This document shows positions 35,654 to 41,316 of a stretch of 41,316 bases of DNA, piece after piece. The notes under the pieces were generated by a model, which searched no databases, was not told the DNA's origin, and saw only the letters and a program-made list of their open reading frames with translations. The stretch spans positions 1 through 41,316 of the forward strand of contig MNYC01000006.1 of assembly GCA_001872945.1 (NCBI GenBank), in the 5' to 3' direction. The DNA is from a bacterium CG2_30_37_16 (GTDB lineage Bacteria > Patescibacteriota > CPR2). Made by a program: the position numbers and the translations under genes. Positions within the stretch are counted from its first letter, which is position 1. Every line of letters starts with the position of its first letter.

Positions 35654-36169
35654 ATGAGTCGGAGAGATTTTTTAAAGATTTCTGCGGCGGCGGTTGCCGG
35701 GGTTTATGCGTCAAAGACTCCAAATCTTGTGGAGGCCAGTCATCTTACTCATTATCCGGATGGGAGTGCAAAATATACTCTTTCTGCGGCAGAGAAGATG
35801 CATCCGGAAGTAGGTGCGTTCGTGGTTGACTTTAGAAATTTGATTTTAGCTTACAAGCAAATTTACATGGCTGAAATGTTTAAAGAGGAAGAAAAGGGCA
35901 GGAAAGCAAATATTACTTCAGTTATTGGCGCCAGACATGTAAATATCGAAAATAATTTGAAAAAAAGTAGAACGGAGTTATTTCAAGAGATAGAAGAAAG
36001 AGCGTCAGTTATAAAAGATTTAATGCCGGGAGACAAAGAAGATTTAATAGCGAGTATTTGTACTTTTACGATATTCTACCCAAGAGGTAACAATTGGCAG
36101 TCTAAAGTTTATTCCATAAACGAACTTGTAGATCTTTTTGATTGGAAAAACGATAAAAAAGCAGCATAA
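35654..36169 (+). CDS. Hypothetical protein beginning with a twin-arginine-like motif
   Basis: MSRRDFLK plus hydrophobic AAAVAGVYA; FRNLILA and VIGARH motifs; GGAG RBS. Confidence 0.6.
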   Translation: MSRRDFLKISAAAVAGVYASKTPNLVEASHLTHYPDGSAKYTLSAAEKMHPEVGAFVVDFRNLILAYKQIYMAEMFKEEEKGRKANITSVIGARHVNIENNLKKSRTELFQEIEERASVIKDLMPGDKEDLIASICTFTIFYPRGNNWQSKVYSINELVDLFDWKNDKKAA

Positions 36170-36274
36170 AGAGTAACAAATTCTAAATAGAAATCATTGC
36201 AAAATAGGCTATTTTGTCATATAATTCCATAATGGTTCGTTAATAATTAAATAAACATAGACAAGAAAAGGGGA

Positions 36275-37468
36275 GTGGGTAAAGTGTTATTATTTAACGA
36301 TATTGAAGGTGGTTTCGGAGATTCTGATCAACTAACGGTGGCAAGTAGCGGACTTAATACAATTTCAGAAAAAAGTGGTTGTTCCCTTGGTCATATAGGG
36401 GTAAGCAATGGAGATTTAGTTCGGTTTAAAGATGGTCGCATGGAGCTTCAAATAATGGATGCGGAAAATATAACGTGTTTTCAGGGACTAAAGCCTTTAC
36501 CGGAAATAACTGGAGAAATAAAGAAAGTAGTATTTATTGAAGGCTCTAAATATTCCGGACGTTATGACGTTGAGGGCATTTCTGACCTCGGAGATGTTTT
36601 TTTAATAGAAACCCATATGGGTAGAAGTCAACTTTTCATGAGGGCTGGAGTTGCTATACACTCTTTGAGTGATGAGGAAATTTCGTTCGAAACGCTGGTA
36701 AAGCTTGGATTCATGAGTCAGAAAGAATTAGAGGAGCTATACAGTGAGAGAAGAGAGTACAATCAGTTGTCCAAGCAAATTGAACAGTGGGAAAAGGAGC
36801 GATTGGATTTACAGCCTCAAATGCTGGGTAAGGGACTTTTAGAAAGTAACAAAATTTATGGCAAGATCAAAGATTTGGAAAAAGAAATAGCCAAAACAAA
36901 AAAGAGGCTTTATGGAGAATGGAAGTGGCTAGGTAAAAAAAGAGTGTCTTTTGCTGATTTAGAGGGCAACCCAAAACTTGTTCCGCCGTCTGCGTGGCAG
37001 GGTAGGGCAATAAAAGATATCTTGGATGTCAAGTTACCGGAAAGGTATAGAAGTGAACGCATGAGCGGTCATTTCCTCTTCTTTAAGGATGGGTCAATTA
37101 GTACGCCTATTTTGTGTATTTGGGGGAAAGGGAACTGGATTCACTACAATACGGATGGCCTAATTAAAGCCGAGATTCTAACCGAGTCTAACAAGAAACA
37201 GATGGTGAAAAACTTCAACATAGAATTGACAAATTGCAAGATTAGGCAGGCAGAGGATAGGAAGCGGTGGAGGGAAGAAGATCAACAAAGGAAAAAAGAG
37301 GAAGCGGAAAAAAGGCGAATTGCAGCTTTGCCTAATGAAATACGGGAGCTTAGGACAAAGCTTAATGATTTTGGATTAAGCTATCTGCGGACTGTCGGTA
37401 TCCTAAAGAAAATTAGGGAAATTGAGCAGGAAATTGAAGCGCATCAAAAAAGTGAATGCAAATTATAG
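36275..37468 (+). CDS. Hypothetical protein with coiled-coil segments
   Basis: 397-aa ORF; no family recognised. Confidence 0.7.
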   Translation: MGKVLLFNDIEGGFGDSDQLTVASSGLNTISEKSGCSLGHIGVSNGDLVRFKDGRMELQIMDAENITCFQGLKPLPEITGEIKKVVFIEGSKYSGRYDVEGISDLGDVFLIETHMGRSQLFMRAGVAIHSLSDEEISFETLVKLGFMSQKELEELYSERREYNQLSKQIEQWEKERLDLQPQMLGKGLLESNKIYGKIKDLEKEIAKTKKRLYGEWKWLGKKRVSFADLEGNPKLVPPSAWQGRAIKDILDVKLPERYRSERMSGHFLFFKDGSISTPILCIWGKGNWIHYNTDGLIKAEILTESNKKQMVKNFNIELTNCKIRQAEDRKRWREEDQQRKKEEAEKRRIAALPNEIRELRTKLNDFGLSYLRTVGILKKIREIEQEIEAHQKSECKL

Positions 37469-37486
37469 TTGGGGAGGTAGGTAGAA

Positions 37487-37837
37487 ATGCCCAAAAGGCT
37501 AATAACTATTACCATCATTATTCTGGTGGGCCTTATTTTTATGGTTGGATGTGCAGCTTACGCATCCTTTTCTCAGAAGAGCACAGAAGAAAACTCAGCA
37601 ACCACTACAACAACTTTGTCAAAAGATTGGGAAAAAATAGAAGGCATTGTTCGGGAGTGGGATTTTGATTCAGAACCGTATGATAAATCTATAACAGTAG
37701 TACGATTTGATAATAATGAAAAGTACGTGTTCGATGGCATAGTTAATAATCTGAAGTACAAAGAAGAGGTTTTTGCAAGAATTTGGTACCAAGAATATAG
37801 ATATAGCATTGAAAAAATAGACTATCCTTCGAGATAG
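37487..37837 (+). CDS. Membrane-anchored or secreted hypothetical protein
   Basis: GGAGG RBS; N-terminal TM, Thr-rich linker, beta-rich domain. Confidence 0.7.
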   Translation: MPKRLITITIIILVGLIFMVGCAAYASFSQKSTEENSATTTTTLSKDWEKIEGIVREWDFDSEPYDKSITVVRFDNNEKYVFDGIVNNLKYKEEVFARIWYQEYRYSIEKIDYPSR

Positions 37838-37851
37838 GAAGGGCGGTTTTT

Positions 37852-38040
37852 ATGGCAGAAGATAAAGGTGATACAGAAACAGTTGATAAATCAATCGATC
37901 TTAATGACCTTAAAAATGAGATTGATAAGCTGCAATCTTTATTAAGAGCTAATGAGTTTGGACTAATATCCTGGCACATGGTTTTAGATGAAAAGATGAG
38001 AAATGTATATAATATTCTTTCAAAAGTTTATGGCAAGTAG
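37852..38040 (+). CDS. Small hypothetical protein (62 aa)
   Basis: In operon orientation and followed by a terminator. Confidence 0.55.
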   Translation: MAEDKGDTETVDKSIDLNDLKNEIDKLQSLLRANEFGLISWHMVLDEKMRNVYNILSKVYGK

Positions 38041-38055
38041 CTATAAAAGATATTC

Positions 38056-38083
38056 GGCCGGTGAAAAAATCACCGGCTTTTTT
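38056..38083 (+). terminator. Rho-independent terminator
   Basis: GCCGGTGA-AAAAA-TCACCGGC followed by T6. Confidence 0.88.
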
Positions 38084-38092
38084 AAACTTTAA

Positions 38093-38185
38093 AATAGTTA
38101 TCGCATTATTTATGATGTGAATGATATGGAAATAGTAATTTTAAAAATTGGCCACAGAAGAGAAATTTACCGTTTTTTCTTATGA
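38093..38185 (+). pseudogene. C-terminal remnant of a RelE/StbE-family toxin
   Basis: NSYRIIYDVNDMEIVILKIGHRREIYRFFL*; YRIIY...IGHRREIY is the RelE C-terminal signature; an in-frame stop precedes it and the N-terminus is missing. Confidence 0.75.
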
Positions 38186-38282
38186 GCGATTATATATCTT
38201 TGGTCAAAACCGATCAGGATTTTGTTTACACGAAGATATATAGTATTATTAGAGTGTAATTATTAATAAAGAGGCAAAAGTT

Positions 38283-38636
38283 ATGGCTGATGAAAAACAG
38301 GGAAAAGATAAAAAAACAGCATTAGGCTTAGATGAAAATGTAGAAGCTTTGCTTTGTTACGCGCTTGGTTGGGTAACCGGAATCATTTTTTTACTTTTAG
38401 AACCAAAAAACAAAGTGATAAAATTTCATGCCGTGCAATCAATTGGTGTTTTTTTAGCAATGACAATTCTTATGAAGGCGTTAGTTTTTGTTCCGATTTT
38501 GGGATGGCTTTTAATTCCTTTTGTCGGTTTAGCAGGTTTTATTCTTTGGATTATTTTAATGGTAAAAGCCTATAACGGTGAGAAATATAAATTGCCGGTT
38601 ATTGGCGACATCGCCGAAAAACAAGTAAACGGATAA
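38283..38636 (+). CDS. DUF4870-family membrane protein
   Basis: GLDENV..LLCY, KFHAVQS, KAYNGEKYKLPVIG. Confidence 0.88.
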   Translation: MADEKQGKDKKTALGLDENVEALLCYALGWVTGIIFLLLEPKNKVIKFHAVQSIGVFLAMTILMKALVFVPILGWLLIPFVGLAGFILWIILMVKAYNGEKYKLPVIGDIAEKQVNG

Positions 38637-38658
38637 ATAATAAGTAAGACACAAGAAA

Positions 38659-38759
38659 CAAAAAATCCCATTCCTATTATTCCCTCTCCCCCGGGGAGAG
38701 GGTTAGGGTGAGGGTGTTTTTGAATAACCAAAAAAAGTCTCTCTAAAAGAGGCTTTTTT
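38659..38759. terminator. CCCTCTCCC...GGGAGAGGG hairpin followed by a second bidirectional terminator
   Basis: CATTCCTATTAT-CCCTCTCCCCCGGGGAGAGGG-TTAGGGTGAGGGTGTTTTT; then AAAAAAGTCTCT-CTAAA-AGAGGCTTTTTT. Confidence 0.7.
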
Positions 38760-38760
38760 G

Positions 38761-39125
38761 AAATGTCAAAATCTAAATTACAAATTTCAAATGAATACCA
38801 AATGTTTAAATATCAAATTGTCATTCCGGACATTCATTCACACATTCCGCACTTTATTATTGTTCGACTCCTCGAAGAGGGTGGAGAACTCTTCGGCAAG
38901 CTCAGGACAGGCTTGAAGCTCTGAACTTCAGGGCTTCGTTCCACTTCGCTCGAAGAATAATTATGAGTGATTAATGTTAAGTGCGAAATGCGTGTCATTT
39001 AGAAAGTACAATAAGTTGCCTGCCTGCCCGAAGCTGAGCGAAGGAGGGATCCGGAATCCATTTCTTCTGAATTCCCGCTTTCCACCTTCGCACAAGGCTA
39101 CAATGGACAAGTCGCGGGAATGACA
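38761..39125. repeat. Composite repeat locus: heptamer arm plus a GTCATTCCGG...GCGGGAATGAC element with several nested inserts
   Basis: AAATGTC AAAATCT AAATTAC AAATTTC arm; outer ends GTCATTCC(38820)/GGAATGAC(39124); inner CATTCCGCACTT/AAGTGCGAAATG pairing, TTCGGCAAGCTCAGGACAG and GCCTGCCTGCCCGAAGC...GCGAAGGAGGG units. Confidence 0.8.
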
Positions 39126-39191
39126 GGGAATAATGACGATCTATTTTTCAAGTCCGCAACTGTTGGATAATGCAGTAACCCTTTGAAAAAT

Positions 39192-39222
39192 AAAAAAAGC
39201 TCGACTTTTATATAGTCGAGCT
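39192..39222 (-). terminator. Rho-independent terminator (minus strand)
   Basis: AGCTCGACT-loop-AGTCGAGCT with an A7 run on the plus-strand 5' side. Confidence 0.8.
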
Positions 39223-39316
39223 AAATTGCTCCTAATCAACAAGCTCATAACCAGGGCAAATTTTTTTGTGCCAAGCGTCTAGCGTCTTGATTATTACTTT
39301 TATGGCTGATAGCGGC

Positions 39317-39660
39317 TTAGGGCACTCTCTTGCGTTCTTTTTTAGGTGCTCTTTTCTCATATGCATCAAAAATAAAATTTATTGCGTAGATTATTGCTAT
39401 AAATAGAAATATAAGCAAATAGACAGCTAGGACTAAGGCGGAAATAGCGGCAGTCAAAAGAAAAAATAGAGAATAATCTGGCCATTTCAATATTGACCCA
39501 TACGTATGCTTAAAATAATTTAGGACAAAGAAATCTATAATTCCCCAAAATAGAGCCATAAAGAAGAGACCAGTAATGTCATCACTTACATAGGTATTAT
39601 TATTTTTTTTTGCGTATGATGGCTCCGGTTATCAGTCCGGGCGCTAAAAATGGAATGACA
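39317..39660 (-). pseudogene. Membrane-protein gene, apparently frameshifted and 5'-truncated
   Basis: ORF 39317-39559 stays open upstream to an A9 tract (39603-39611); removing one A joins it to a hydrophobic YIFVIPFLAPGLITGAIIR segment that has no clear start. Confidence 0.4.
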
Positions 39661-39674
39661 AAAATATATAAGTA

Positions 39675-39857
39675 AGGGGACGGTTCTCTCTTAAGAACAT
39701 AATTACACTTTTTGTACCTAGACTATTATTTATGTTATCAATAATAGTTATTCCAAAAATATCTGGGCTCAAATAAGCAAAGATACGGAGAACAAGGTAA
39801 AATTAACCGAAAATGTACAAAGGTGCAAAGACCTGTTTGATTGAGAACCGTCCCCCT
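39675..39857. repeat. Inverted REP-like pair AGGGGACGGTTCTC / GAGAACCGTCCCC
   Basis: 13-bp perfect inverted repeats about 155 bp apart. Confidence 0.8.
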
Positions 39858-39904
39858 AGTCGTTTATAAGTTCTTGAAAACTTTGTTGATGATTCTCGCT
39901 CATA

Positions 39905-40687
39905 TTATTTAACTCCCGAGGTTACACTGAATATTGTTCTCTCGTCAAATAAATCATCTTTCTTCGGTTCGCCTAAATTCTTTCTGAGAGTGTCTTCAAA
40001 TTCCTTTAATCTATCGTCAAACATAATAGGCGATGCAAATGATGTAGAATAGAGATAGCCCAAAATTGAATCAAAATTCCAGCGCCTAACAACTTCAAAA
40101 TCCTTTACTGTCACATCTTTAAAGCCATGTCTTTTGAGCATTGACTCATATGGCTCAGATGGGGGAGAAAAATATCCGTTTCCCGCTCTTCTTTTTTCCC
40201 CAAGAAAGTATTGTATTGTCTGTTTTGTAGTTTTTTGCCAAGATGCATTACCATTCCATAGAGTATAGTCGCCAAGTAACGCGAGTCCGCCTCCTTCTTG
40301 TAGAATTGATTTGCAGTTAACCATCACAGCATCTTGATTCATCCAGTGGAAAGCCCTAGATATTGTTACTAAATCTATGCTGCCTTTTGGTCTTAAAAAA
40401 TCTTCAGCTTTTGAACATGAAAATTCAACCTTATCGCCACAATTCTTAAGAGAATTCTTAGATACTCGAATCATATCTTCTGAAGAATCAACACAGACCA
40501 CTCTGGCCACATATCCGCATAATGATTTTGCAATTTGCCCAGTTCCACAGCCTAAATCTAAGACTATGCTCTTGTTGTTATCCAATGAAAAAGTTTTTTT
40601 AAAATAAACGACCATCTCTTTCGGTAAACCAGGTCTATATTTGTCATAATAATAGGCAACGCCGTTGAAGAGTTCTTGGTTGGACAT
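39905..40687 (-). CDS. Class I SAM-dependent methyltransferase
   Basis: YYDKYRP, VLDLGCGTG, AFHWM, GYLYSTS. Confidence 0.92.
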   Translation of the reverse strand: MSNQELFNGVAYYYDKYRPGLPKEMVVYFKKTFSLDNNKSIVLDLGCGTGQIAKSLCGYVARVVCVDSSEDMIRVSKNSLKNCGDKVEFSCSKAEDFLRPKGSIDLVTISRAFHWMNQDAVMVNCKSILQEGGGLALLGDYTLWNGNASWQKTTKQTIQYFLGEKRRAGNGYFSPPSEPYESMLKRHGFKDVTVKDFEVVRRWNFDSILGYLYSTSFASPIMFDDRLKEFEDTLRKNLGEPKKDDLFDERTIFSVTSGVK

Positions 40688-41024
40688 GACTTCCTTTAGT
40701 AATAGAACTAAATAATGATTCTTCTGCTACTAGCTCATCCTCTGCTTCCCAGGCTGGATTTGTAATAGCTTCCAAAACTAACGAACCAGTATTATTTGTT
40801 TGGTGTATTTCTTTGGGTTCGATTTTTACTACAACGCCTGATTTTAATTCAACTTCTGATATTTCACCTTTTTGATTTTTAACTCTAAGGATACCTGCGC
40901 CTGATATTATCACATAGCTTTCGGTAGTTTTATTGTGATAATGGGCTGTTGAGATACCTTCTACCATTTTTACTCTTGCAAAACCTACTTCAGAAGTAAA
41001 GCTTACTTTAACGGAGCCACACAT
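40644..41024 (-). CDS. Cupin-domain protein, possibly 5'-truncated by the IS
   Basis: HYHNKTTESYVIISGAG and I.PKEIH cupin motifs. Confidence 0.85.
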   Translation of the reverse strand: MCGSVKVSFTSEVGFARVKMVEGISTAHYHNKTTESYVIISGAGILRVKNQKGEISEVELKSGVVVKIEPKEIHQTNNTGSLVLEAITNPAWEAEDELVAEESLFSSITKGSHVQPRTLQRRCLLL

Positions 41025-41026
41025 AC

Positions 41027-41316
41027 TATAATGGTACCCAAAATTTAGACACCAAAAAGACCCCTACTACCTGGTAAAATAAGAGGTAGAAAGGATCAAA
41101 AAATGAAGAAACAATTCACACCAAACCAGAAAGCTGCTATCGCTTTAGAAGCTATTAGGGGAATAAAAACAGCCGCCCAGATTGGAAGCGAACACCAGGT
41201 TCATCCGGTAGCCGTCGGTACCTGGAAAAAACAGCTTTTAGAAAATTCCTCCAAAATCTTCTCTGAGAAACAAGAAAGGGATGATAAGCAAAAAACTATT
41301 GACGAGCTTTACCGGC
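41027..41316 (+). mobile_element. Left end of an IS3-family element
   Basis: IRL-like TATAATGGTACCCAAAATTTAGACACC followed by orfA; boundary approximate. Confidence 0.75.
41103..41316 (+). CDS. IS3-family transposase OrfA (HTH), truncated by the window end
   Basis: MKKQFTPNQKAAIALEAIRGIKTAAQIGSEHQVHPVAVGTWKKQLLENSSKIF...IDELYR. Confidence 0.88.
   Translation, partial: MKKQFTPNQKAAIALEAIRGIKTAAQIGSEHQVHPVAVGTWKKQLLENSSKIFSEKQERDDKQKTIDELYR

Noticed and set aside
1..41316. Alternative genetic code (TGA recoding) or selenoproteins
   Set aside because: TGA ends conserved genes at their expected C-termini (panD, hypC), and conserved genes have no in-frame TGA.
1..41316. Composite transposon, diversity-generating retroelement or retron
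   Set aside because: The two terminal IS elements belong to different families and enclose core genes; no reverse transcriptase or TR/VR pair was seen.

Overview
AT-rich bacterial chromosomal segment using the standard code (TGA = stop). Gene content and intergenic repeat style suggest a Patescibacteria/CPR genome; this is inference, not a database result. Both ends of the window fall inside insertion sequences (an integrase-core transposase 3' end on the left, an IS3-family orfA on the right). In between are: panD next to a hypF-C-D-E [NiFe]-hydrogenase maturation operon, with no hypA/B or hydrogenase subunits here; Nramp-like and ZIP metal transporters; a stand-alone GGWSQ release-factor-like domain; three single-domain response regulators, one frameshifted; thrS with a T-box leader; tRNA-Val(GAC); two tandem CdaR/PucR-family regulators; galT/DedA/PIG-L; and a ~13 kb surface-glycan locus (O-antigen-ligase/TPR protein, epimerase, flippase, GT2/GT4 enzymes, three methyltransferases, asnB). 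The most unusual signals are non-coding: (1) a terminator-type thrS T-box that appears to have an ultrashort Stem I with ACC in the apical loop and a palindromic element inserted into Stem III; (2) an unannotated ~130-nt rod-shaped RNA with an A-rich central bubble, a candidate minimal 6S RNA; (3) heptamer-repeat arrays hosting nested palindromic elements, plus a separate palindromic repeat that sits in-frame in hypF/hypD and brackets hypC. All structures were read by eye and need covariance-model or expression checks.
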